A stretch of DNA of 64,000 bases from an uncultured virus (IMG/VR IMGVR_UViG_3300013232_000154). Its lineage: Duplodnaviria > Heunggongvirae > Uroviricota > Caudoviricetes. Shown here in pieces: positions 56,300 through 64,000 of this stretch; positions within the stretch are counted from its first letter, which is position 1; every line of letters begins with the position of its first letter. The notes beneath the pieces were generated by a model. The model was not told where the DNA came from and did no database searches. It worked only from the letters and a program-made list of their open reading frames with translations. The stretch is from IMG/VR virus record IMGVR_UViG_3300013232_000154; one strand, given 5' to 3'. The translations under genes and the position numbers were made by a program.

Positions 56300-56692
56300 C
56301 TATATATCTGACTGGCGACAGGTTTCTGCCGTCGTCGGAATCTTGTACCACTCGACGTCAGACTTGGTCAGCCCGTAAACCTTCAGCACGCTCTTGAGGT
56401 AATTCTCGATAGCTTCCTCTGATAGTATGTCGCGCCCCAAAAGAGCCATGTTGTTGATGTGCTTAAGGGCATTTCGTGCTGCCGAGACAGTGTCTTCCTC
56501 CCTTTTGTCTAGTTCGTACCATCTCAACGCCCGTTCCAGCCGACCTTTGACGATGTCAAGGGTCAAGTCTGGACCACAGCGTTTGACGTCGCCCTTTATG
56601 AACTCAAGGGCGACGACCACAGCAGCCATGGTGTTGTTCTCTCGACATGATAGGGTGTCTATGACGCGATTACGTTTGGCCTTCTTTGCCAT
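56300..56692 (-). CDS. Hypothetical protein
   Basis: 130 aa, GGAG RBS. Confidence 0.55.
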   Translation of the reverse strand: MAKKAKRNRVIDTLSCRENNTMAAVVVALEFIKGDVKRCGPDLTLDIVKGRLERALRWYELDKREEDTVSAARNALKHINNMALLGRDILSEEAIENYLKSVLKVYGLTKSDVEWYKIPTTAETCRQSDI

Positions 56693-56819
56693 GACTAGCT
56701 CCGTTCACCATGCGCCAAAGTTCATCTGGCAATGGTATTTATCGTGACGTTTGCACCACTTGATCCTACGCAGCATCTTCAATCTATTGCGTCTGAGGCT
56801 CCACTTCCCAAACACCGTC

Positions 56820-57236
56820 CTACTTCTCTCCGTACTTGAGGTAGTAGTTCGCCTTCATAATGTTGGGGTCGTTCATCACGTAGCCTTCGATGGTACCAGC
56901 CTTGTCAAGATAGGCGTTCCAACGCCCATCTTCTCCAAGCTCGAAGATCAAGTCGCAAGCAGTTCTTCCGCCACCTGGCTTGTCCGTCAAACCCCTAAAA
57001 ATGACGCGATGGTAACGATTGTCTGGCGTCCCGAGGGCGGGTGAGTTGAGCCAGAAGATGTCCCAGAGGTCAAGGAATTTTGATATCCCGTCGAAGCGGA
57101 AGTACATGGTACCGTCATGAGCGTGTACTTGGTTCTTGCCTTCGTCTTTCTGTAAACGGATGCTTCCGACCATGACGTCCCCAGTGGAAGAAACGTTTCT
57201 GCTCTCGATCAGTGTTTCGGTCTTTCCGCTGCCCAT
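56820..57236 (-). CDS. Hypothetical protein
   Basis: Last gene of the 4-gene minus-strand operon. Confidence 0.65.
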   Translation of the reverse strand: MGSGKTETLIESRNVSSTGDVMVGSIRLQKDEGKNQVHAHDGTMYFRFDGISKFLDLWDIFWLNSPALGTPDNRYHRVIFRGLTDKPGGGRTACDLIFELGEDGRWNAYLDKAGTIEGYVMNDPNIMKANYYLKYGEK

Positions 57237-57237
57237 G

Positions 57238-57585
57238 TTAGACCCCTTTTTCTTCGCCCGCCAGTTGAGCCCAAGCCTTAGCCAGGAATCCCCTGTTCGC
57301 GGACTCGATGACCTTCAAACGAGACTTCTTGGAGTAACAAGACTTGGGGACGATGATCCGTTCCCCGATCTTTTCCCTATAGTTCCTTGTAACGCGCTTT
57401 CCAACCCCGTCCTCGTAGATCCGCTTGATCACGTCACCAGTAAGTTCGCCGCTCTTGACTGTCCTTGGGTGTTCCCGTCCGCAACTCGGACAGACGAACA
57501 GAAAGTCGCCATCAAGCTCGAGGTTGAGGTTGACGGTGAAATACCCATTGCAGTCGTTGCAGAAGAACTCTATCAACTCGCGCAT
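57238..57585 (-). CDS. Zinc-ribbon protein
   Basis: CNDC...CPSCGREH; TAATG overlap. Confidence 0.65.
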   Translation of the reverse strand: MRELIEFFCNDCNGYFTVNLNLELDGDFLFVCPSCGREHPRTVKSGELTGDVIKRIYEDGVGKRVTRNYREKIGERIIVPKSCYSKKSRLKVIESANRGFLAKAWAQLAGEEKGV

Positions 57586-58403
57586 TACGCGACCTTCCTC
57601 GCCTCAAGGATCTTCTTGACGGACGGCTCGACATCATCGAACTTGCTTTGCGGAGACTTGTTGCCGACGCTGCGCAAGCCGAACTCGTCGGCCTCGATCA
57701 TCATCTTGCGCATGATGACGTGGTCGGTAGGTGGCAGCGCCTCGTGGTTCTTGAAGACGATGCATATCGACTCGACGAACTTGAGTTTGCCAGTGATGGT
57801 CTTGGCGAAGACGCGGATGGTGTTCCCGTAGATCACGTAATGGAGACCGCTGTTTCCAACCACGGTCAAGCTCCCACGGCGCAAGTATCTGGCGAACTCT
57901 TTTGGTCCGACCATCTCTCTCAAGAGCGCTCTGGCGCGGCCTTCCGGGGTGTTCTCTTGAACGCCACCGAGAGAGTTGTACGATCTCGTGTTCACCATCA
58001 CGGTCTTAATGCGGTTGATGAACTCGATGCGTTTAATCTGCTCTGGCGTGAGCTTGACTACGTTCCCGTAATAGTAGGAGGAGTCACTTGAACCGTAGCT
58101 CGCCCACGTAATGTTGGTGTCCGTTTCGAGGTAGATGTTTGGGGTATTAACAACGTACCCATTCGTAATGTAGTTATCGTGCTTGAGATCGTACTTGAGC
58201 TTGATGGCGGACGTGTAGTAAGACGACGAACCAGAGCCAGTGACCTTGATCGTTCCTTGATTCGTCTCTATTTTCAGACCCTTGTTTTGTACGATGTACG
58301 GGTATGTGATTGTCCCGCTTGTGTTCGTTATGTACAAGCTATCGGCAAAGGTCAGACTTGAGGAAGTCGTTTGGTCGATGTAAGAAGCTAGCGCAGCCAT
58401 CAT
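57585..58403 (-). CDS. Hypothetical protein, low-complexity N-terminus and possible E2-like Cys domain
   Basis: RARALL...ESICIV...LPPTDHVIMRKMMIEADE. Confidence 0.65.
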   Translation of the reverse strand: MMAALASYIDQTTSSSLTFADSLYITNTSGTITYPYIVQNKGLKIETNQGTIKVTGSGSSSYYTSAIKLKYDLKHDNYITNGYVVNTPNIYLETDTNITWASYGSSDSSYYYGNVVKLTPEQIKRIEFINRIKTVMVNTRSYNSLGGVQENTPEGRARALLREMVGPKEFARYLRRGSLTVVGNSGLHYVIYGNTIRVFAKTITGKLKFVESICIVFKNHEALPPTDHVIMRKMMIEADEFGLRSVGNKSPQSKFDDVEPSVKKILEARKVA

Positions 58404-58651
58404 TAACCTCCCGCAACCATGCCATGGAAGATCACTTCTTCGGCGTTCGGATCGAACTCCGTGAGCATCTTAGATGGCTTGCCTCCAATGCCAGGCAAGT
58501 ATGCAAAGTAGCCCTTCTTCTTGAGTTCGTAGAACTTCTCGCGGGCCTCGTGAACCTGATCGAGGAAACGCTTATCCCAAGTCAGGCGGTCGTCCCCGTT
58601 CTGACTCAGGATTTTGAATCTGATCTGCGTGGGCGCGGCGGCGGTCTGCAT
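58403..58651 (-). CDS. Small protein ending in Gly-Gly (possible ubiquitin-like)
   Basis: 82 aa ending EFDPNAEEVIFHGMVAGG; GGAGG RBS; promoter TTGACA-N17-TATATT upstream. Confidence 0.7.
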   Translation of the reverse strand: MQTAAAPTQIRFKILSQNGDDRLTWDKRFLDQVHEAREKFYELKKKGYFAYLPGIGGKPSKMLTEFDPNAEEVIFHGMVAGG

Positions 58652-58765
58652 TTACCAACCCTCCTTGGACGCGAAATATAATGGCCCAGTCATTCGGTGT
58701 CAACAAAGAAAATGTGCCTTGACTTGAGCCACTCATAAGGTATCTTTCCCGAGAAGGAGACGCAC

Positions 58766-58999
58766 ATGTGGTTTACTGGAAAGCCACCCAAGGGCGGGAC
58801 TTACTTGGTGACCATCAAGACTGCCCGAGGTGAGACGGAAGTACGAGAGGCCGATTACGCCCCAGACCACGTGTACTCAAATTTCACTTGGTACAGGGAC
58901 TGTGATCGTGTCACAGATCATGGGGACATTGTCTTGGCTTGGACGAGAATGCCAAAACCTTACGTGCAAAAAGGGATTCAATCAGAATCCACTGTATAA
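58766..58999 (+). CDS. DUF551-like small phage protein
   Basis: PP..G.YLVT...VLAW..MPKPY; promoter GTGCC-TTGACT-N16-TATCTT at 58719. Confidence 0.6.
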   Translation: MWFTGKPPKGGTYLVTIKTARGETEVREADYAPDHVYSNFTWYRDCDRVTDHGDIVLAWTRMPKPYVQKGIQSESTV

Positions 59000-59272
59000 T
59001 AGTGAAAAGCCTCGCCTAACGGCGATTGGCACAAAAACCCGCGCCATCTCTGGGAGTCCATTCTTGGGCTTCCAAACCCAGAAACCTTCTGGGGTTGTAG
59101 AAAAGAGCGGGTAAATAAACGACAAAACTGTGCGAAAGTTCTTGAATCCGTCTGGGTACGTGATACTGTCCCTGGCGCTTTTGAGCTTTCCGTCCTATGG
59201 ACGAGACGTCATAGAGTGTCGTAACTGGTTCGGGTGTCCGAGCCAGCGTGTCACAAAATAGGAGGATAAGGC

Positions 59273-59788
59273 ATGCGCCCGAACTACACGATGGTACTGG
59301 CGCTCGTATTCGTGTCCGCATCGGCATTTTCGATGACTCCCTTCAATGGGGATGATGTTGTGGCAAAGTTTGCCAGCGACAAAGAACCAGTTGTCGATAA
59401 TGCTGACGTGAAGAAGCTCTACGAGGCTTGCTTGAGTTATGCGGAGGCAAGGGATTCCCAAGGGAACCTATACCTCGTATTCTCGAACAAGCTTCGCAAG
59501 CGCGTGGAGACGAGGATGAGCGACGCGAACGTCGCGGAGATGGACGCTTACCGCCAGATCGCCTTGGAATGGTTGATCGATAACGAGGCGAAGCTTCAAG
59601 ACCGCCAGGATCAAGCAGTCCTAAATGCTTGCTTCTTCGTGAAGGCCCTGCTTAGTGTTAAGTCTGGGCTTCCTAGTGAGGTTTTGACGAAGATGACGAA
59701 GGTCGCTTGCTATAGGCTGGTTCGATGGCTGGATGCGAACTCTGCCGTGACAGTTGGGATGAATTCAATCTTGGCCATCGTAAAATGA
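59273..59788 (+). CDS. Hypothetical protein with Sec-type signal peptide
   Basis: MRPNYTMVLALVFVSASAFS; GGAGG RBS. Confidence 0.65.
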   Translation: MRPNYTMVLALVFVSASAFSMTPFNGDDVVAKFASDKEPVVDNADVKKLYEACLSYAEARDSQGNLYLVFSNKLRKRVETRMSDANVAEMDAYRQIALEWLIDNEAKLQDRQDQAVLNACFFVKALLSVKSGLPSEVLTKMTKVACYRLVRWLDANSAVTVGMNSILAIVK

Positions 59789-59802
59789 ACCGTGATCGTG
59801 CA

Positions 59803-59835
59803 GAAAAAGGGGAGGCCAGTGGCCTCCCCTTTTTC
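59803..59835. terminator. Bidirectional intrinsic terminator
   Basis: GAAAAAGGGGAGGCCA-g-TGGCCTCCCCTTTTTC. Confidence 0.85.
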
Positions 59836-59840
59836 GTCTC

Positions 59841-59868
59841 TTGACTTGGTGCAAGTCGTCTCTATAAT
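59841..59868 (+). promoter_or_regulatory. Sigma70-type promoter, leaderless MTase mRNA
   Basis: TTGACT-N16-TATAAT, ATG 6 nt downstream, no RBS. Confidence 0.75.
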
Positions 59869-59874
59869 CTTCAC

Positions 59875-60831
59875 ATGAAGTTCGTCGATCTATTCTCTGG
59901 ATGGGGCGGGATGCGCTACGCAGCCGAGGAAGTCGGCTGGGAATGCGCTGGGTCGTGGGAGAACGATCCAGACATCCAGAAATGCTACGAGGCCGTATGG
60001 GGACACCCTCCAAACGGAGACGTGAAGGAAATCGATAAGCTTCCCAAAGGATGCGATATCCTTATCGCTGGTTTTCCATGTCAGTCGTTCAGCTCTTTGG
60101 GCAACCAGAAGGGCTTCCTAGACAAGACACGTGGAACGCTGTTCTACGAGGTTCTCCGCATAGCCAAGGCCAACAATCCACGGGTAGTCATCCTGGAGAA
60201 CGTCAGAAACCTGAAGAGCCATGACGACGGAAAGACGTACGAGACCATCATTGGGGCGCTGCGCGAGGATCTTGGGTACTATTGCACAGATTCCATACTC
60301 AACGCCGTGGACTTCGGATGCGCTTGTAATAGGCCCAGAATCTTTATCGTTTGCTTCAGGGACAGCGCCGACATGAAAGAGTTCTCATTCTATCCGATGG
60401 GCTGGATCAAGCCCAATGCGAAGCGCATCTCCTCATGCTTCCTTCCAGCCAGCGACATCCCAGAGTCGGCGTGGCTCACGCAGACCGCTCTTGACGGGCT
60501 GAAGAAGCATAAGGAGCGTCACCAGGCCAAGGGGAACGGTTGGGGTTATACCGTTCTGAACCCAGCCAGACCAGCCCACACGTTCTCTACCTCTGGCAAT
60601 GGTTCCGAACACAACCTCATTGTCGATCGTAGGCCAGGCGCTGTTGGCGCAAACAAGAACTCCGATGGGCTACGGATGCTTCTTCCCGAAGAACGGGCCA
60701 AGGCCATGGGATTCCCGTCCAAGTTTGTGATCCCCTCTTCGAGGGACCTTGGAAATACCGTGGTCGGAAACAGCGTTGCCATTCCCGTCGTTCGACACCT
60801 TTTCGGTCGAGTGAACGAAGTTTTGTCTTGA
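59875..60831 (+). CDS. C5-cytosine DNA methyltransferase
   Basis: DLFSGWGG, AGFPCQSFS, ENVRNL, RPRIFIV, GFP, GNSVAIP. Confidence 0.95.
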   Translation: MKFVDLFSGWGGMRYAAEEVGWECAGSWENDPDIQKCYEAVWGHPPNGDVKEIDKLPKGCDILIAGFPCQSFSSLGNQKGFLDKTRGTLFYEVLRIAKANNPRVVILENVRNLKSHDDGKTYETIIGALREDLGYYCTDSILNAVDFGCACNRPRIFIVCFRDSADMKEFSFYPMGWIKPNAKRISSCFLPASDIPESAWLTQTALDGLKKHKERHQAKGNGWGYTVLNPARPAHTFSTSGNGSEHNLIVDRRPGAVGANKNSDGLRMLLPEERAKAMGFPSKFVIPSSRDLGNTVVGNSVAIPVVRHLFGRVNEVLS

Positions 60832-60871
60832 CCGAACAGATTACCGTGCTATGCTCCCGTTGGAGCGAAAG

Positions 60872-61066
60872 ATGAAGAAAAGCATAGCCACGATCGAAAA
60901 AGAGCTTCTGCATGGACAGTGGCACGACAAGAAGCTGGTTCAGCAGCTAGAAGACGCCAACTTCATCAGGGGTTGCTTGATTGCGGCGAGAGAAAGGGTC
61001 AAGCATCTTGAGAAGATGGACAAAAAAGCTCAGGGCTTGTTCATTCGCCGCTGTCTAGGAGGATGA
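60872..61066 (+). CDS. Hypothetical protein
   Basis: GGAG RBS; promoter TTGACC-N16-TATGCT at 60828. Confidence 0.5.
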   Translation: MKKSIATIEKELLHGQWHDKKLVQQLEDANFIRGCLIAARERVKHLEKMDKKAQGLFIRRCLGG

Positions 61067-61483
61067 ATGGACTTCCTTTCAAAAACCGAACGCAGTCATC
61101 GGATGTCGCTGATCCGCAGCAAGGATACTGTCCCCGAAAAGAAAATGGCCATGTTGTTGCGCAAGGCGGGGATCAAGTACAAGCGGTACGCCAAGCTTCC
61201 AGGGACTCCAGACTTCGTCGCTGGAAAGGTGGTCTTGTTCGTAGATGGCGACTTTTGGCATGGAAGAGACTTCGACAGGTGGAAAGGCAAGCTTTCTCCT
61301 TGGTGGCGCGAAAAGATCGCGACCAACAAGAAGCGCGATGCCAGGATCAATGCGTGCCTTAGACGCATGGGCTTTAGCGTGGTACACTTCTGGGAGAAGG
61401 ACGTGAAGCGGAAACCAGAGGCTTGCATCACGAAGATAAAGAGGATAGGAGAGAAGAATGGCCTTCTTCGGCGTGACCATTGA
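61067..61483 (+). CDS. vsr: Very short patch repair endonuclease
   Basis: RS.RMS.IRSKDTVPE, LPGTPDF, FVDGDFWHG, KI..N..RD, FWE. Confidence 0.9.
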   Translation: MDFLSKTERSHRMSLIRSKDTVPEKKMAMLLRKAGIKYKRYAKLPGTPDFVAGKVVLFVDGDFWHGRDFDRWKGKLSPWWREKIATNKKRDARINACLRRMGFSVVHFWEKDVKRKPEACITKIKRIGEKNGLLRRDH

Positions 61484-62507
61484 GATTATCGACAGCGTTG
61501 GGCAGATACCCAATGCCGATCGCATCCAAGTCGCCAAGCTTCTAGGCAAGGACTTCCAGTTCGTCATTGGGAAGGACACCTTCAAGCCTGGGGAGCGCTG
61601 CTTGTACTTCCCAGTCGATTCCGTCCTCCCAGATGATCTGATCGCTAAGATGGGCCTCACTGGCAAACTGTCTGGAAAGCTAAAGAACCGCGTCAAGACG
61701 GTGAAGTTGCGCGGCCAGATCAGCCAGGGCATCGTGGCCAGCATGGACATCCTTGATCCGCTGTTAAAAGAAGTCGCGCACAAGTTCTCCACAGAAGCGC
61801 TCACGCAAGCGCTGCGCGTGACCAAGTACGAGCCTCCAGAGAATGTCTGCAATGACGGCATCCTCAAGCCGCTACCAGACGGACTCTCCATGTACGACAT
61901 CGAGGGAGCGGATCGCTACGCTGATGTCGCTGCCATCTTGATGGACAAGGACGTCCTCATCACCGAAAAACTCGAAGGAACCAACGCCTCGGTCTGCGTC
62001 AAGAAAGACGGCAGTGTTTTCGTGAACTGCCGTAGGAATACCATCATCGAAATTCCAGACGTGAAAAACACGTACTGGAAAGCCATCGAGCAGTACGGCC
62101 TCGTTGAAATGGCCAAGAAGATGATGGAGACCTTGTCCGAAGACGTCACCATCTACGGTGAGCTGATCGGGCCAGGCATCCAGAAGAACATCTACGCATT
62201 GAAAGAACATCAGGTCCGCGTTTTCGACGTGAAAATCGGACAGAAGTGGATGCCCGTCGAGCCGTTCATCGCGGCTTTCAGCTCATGCGCTGAGTTGCTC
62301 GTTCCTCGTCTCTGGAAGGGGAAGCTTAGCGAGTTCCTTGGCGGGCGTACGATCAAGCAAGCCTCTGATGGGATGTCCATGTTGAATCCCATGCAAAAAC
62401 GCGAGGGGATTGTCATTCGTCCTCTTGTCGAAGACGAGGTTCCGCAGTTCGGGCGCTTGATCTTGAAGCAGCGAAGCGCAGAATACCTCGCTGAAAGCGA
62501 CACGTAA
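61458..62507 (+). CDS. ATP-dependent RNA ligase, DRB0094 family (N-terminal OB fold)
   Basis: IPNADRIQVA, VKTVKLRGQISQG, TEKLEGTN (KxxG), YGELIGPGIQKN, REGIVIR, ILKQRS. Confidence 0.9.
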   Translation: MAFFGVTIEIIDSVGQIPNADRIQVAKLLGKDFQFVIGKDTFKPGERCLYFPVDSVLPDDLIAKMGLTGKLSGKLKNRVKTVKLRGQISQGIVASMDILDPLLKEVAHKFSTEALTQALRVTKYEPPENVCNDGILKPLPDGLSMYDIEGADRYADVAAILMDKDVLITEKLEGTNASVCVKKDGSVFVNCRRNTIIEIPDVKNTYWKAIEQYGLVEMAKKMMETLSEDVTIYGELIGPGIQKNIYALKEHQVRVFDVKIGQKWMPVEPFIAAFSSCAELLVPRLWKGKLSEFLGGRTIKQASDGMSMLNPMQKREGIVIRPLVEDEVPQFGRLILKQRSAEYLAESDT

Positions 62508-62529
62508 GCTCAATTACCTTGGAGGATAC

Positions 62530-62724
62530 ATGGCACCAAACAAACTCGTGAAGGACTGGAATGACAACCAGACTCCGCTGAAAGTTCGTACGATGACATC
62601 GGCGGAAGACGTTCCATGTCTAGTGGTTGAATCCGTTGACGGAAGCCGAGCACTAGTGCTTGAGTTTGACGGCAAAGACTTCATTTGGCCAGAAGTGCTT
62701 CCGAGAGAAGTAAAGGCAAAGTGA
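62530..62724 (+). CDS. Hypothetical protein
   Basis: GGAGG RBS. Confidence 0.5.
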   Translation: MAPNKLVKDWNDNQTPLKVRTMTSAEDVPCLVVESVDGSRALVLEFDGKDFIWPEVLPREVKAK

Positions 62725-62754
62725 GAAACCCAATTGCCTTGAAAGGAGCGTAGC

Positions 62755-62967
62755 ATGAAGATAGGCGACAAAGTTGAGGTTTTAGACCCTGGTCTTGCGA
62801 TGCTTCGCAGGTTGATGGGCAAACGTGCCAAGGCTAACAATTTAGGAGTTGTGCAAGAAATCATGGATAACGGCGACGTTCTTGTAGCGTTCCCGATCGG
62901 GAAAGGAGATGAGGCCCACTCTCAAATCGCTCCTTACCCCAAACACATGGTGAGAGTTTTGGGCTGA
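62755..62967 (+). CDS. Small KOW/SH3-like hypothetical protein
   Basis: MKIGDKVEV...GVVQEI; AGGAG RBS. Confidence 0.55.
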   Translation: MKIGDKVEVLDPGLAMLRRLMGKRAKANNLGVVQEIMDNGDVLVAFPIGKGDEAHSQIAPYPKHMVRVLG

Positions 62968-63139
62968 ATGGCAAAGCGTAAACGTAACTGGAGGTTAGCG
63001 TGTACGTAGCATTGAGAGAAGAACGGAAGATGTGGGCCTGCATCTCCAACTCTCGCCATTTTCCAAAATGGCACAGATCACATCGGAAATGGCTTAGGCG
63101 ATACAATTACTGGTTGCGTATGTTTCGCAGGAGGATGGA

Positions 63140-63397
63140 ATGGCAAAGCGTAAACGTAGAAAGCGTTTTTCAACCATCATTCGAGAAATGACTCCTATAC
63201 TCGTCAAGGAGTTGTGTAAGGCAGCAAAGAAGTACCGCTCTTGCGGGCCAGAATGTTTTCTCGTTGGGAAGAAGTCGTGTCGTACTTGCGGCATCAAAGT
63301 GGGTCGTGAACGGTTTGATAACGGTCTTTCTTGCGGGATTCATTGCGACGAGTGTTTCGATCACATGGTCGCAGAGGCCCGAAGCAAAAGCTGGTGA
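63140..63397 (+). CDS. Small Cys-rich hypothetical protein
   Basis: GGAGG RBS; CRTC, CDEC. Confidence 0.5.
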   Translation: MAKRKRRKRFSTIIREMTPILVKELCKAAKKYRSCGPECFLVGKKSCRTCGIKVGRERFDNGLSCGIHCDECFDHMVAEARSKSW

Positions 63398-63567
63398 GAA
63401 GCCATGAAGAAAATGAAGAAGCGGATGAGAAAGTACAGATGCTCGGCTTGTGGCGCAGTAATACTGCGCATGGCTTCAACAAAGACCTATAAGTCTTACT
63501 GCGAGAAGTCGGATCGATACGTACGGATCAGACTAGTAGAAAAGAAGAAGTAGGGCCTTAAGAAAGC

Positions 63568-63843
63568 TTGGAGAATGACATGGCCGACGGAGAGGGCTGT
63601 AAGTGCGAAGCGCATGGAGAATGCGAGTGCAGTTGTCCAGATGTTGACTGGACGCCGAAAGAACTCGTTCTTGCGAGGAAGCGCATCGCCGCGCTTGAAG
63701 CCGTAATCATACACATGCGCTCTTGCCGAAAGCCACCCTCATATTGCGCCGTATGCAATGACCTCTTGGCCGTAGCCGAGATGCTTGATGAGCAAAGCAA
63801 ACTGCTTCCAGAGGACAGTGGCGAAGACCCATTTGGCAGTTAA
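63568..63843 (+). CDS. Small Cys-rich hypothetical protein
   Basis: CKCEAHGECECSC; start uncertain. Confidence 0.5.
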   Translation: MENDMADGEGCKCEAHGECECSCPDVDWTPKELVLARKRIAALEAVIIHMRSCRKPPSYCAVCNDLLAVAEMLDEQSKLLPEDSGEDPFGS

Positions 63844-64000
63844 AAGGAGCATTAAGTGGCTTGCAACCAGGAAAAACGAGAACATGACTCTGAGTTCACA
63901 GAGTTTGAAATCAAATGCAAGATGCGGTCTCGATGGGTTCCGCATTTTCTGGCTATGTTGAAATACATGCAGCAGTTAGGATCCATGGGAGGGTCACGGC

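Overview
A 64-kb fragment of a large (jumbo-type) tailed dsDNA phage genome. It uses the standard genetic code and has no rRNA or core cellular housekeeping genes. 1-24 kb is a minus-strand, probably late/virion module: NHL beta-propeller proteins, many low-complexity hypothetical proteins sharing FNL and K[TV]A motifs, WYL, DUF192, a CCA-adding-type nucleotidyltransferase, terminase large subunit and an RmlD-like reductase. 24-41.7 kb holds accessory genes, including a WGR-PARP, an ADP-ribosylglycohydrolase, an OGFr-domain protein, GIY-YIG and SprT-like proteins. 41.7-50.9 kb is an array of 13 tRNA genes for only five amino acids (Lys, Val, Asn, Arg, Ile), interleaved with three Y-RNA (YrlA)-like RNAs, HNH nucleases and a compact group I intron in tRNA-Ile2(CAU). 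51-64 kb has small early-type genes, two C5 DNA methyltransferases (one overprinted by two other ORFs), Vsr, a DRB0094-type RNA ligase and a possible ubiquitin-like operon. The main finding: the tRNA array is preceded by a 26-codon leader ORF with alternative antiterminator/terminator hairpins, and the leader's codons match one-for-one the anticodons of the downstream tRNAs. This suggests a translation-coupled attenuator that switches on replacement tRNAs when the host's matching tRNAs are depleted or cleaved. All family calls come from motif recognition by eye; no database searches were run.
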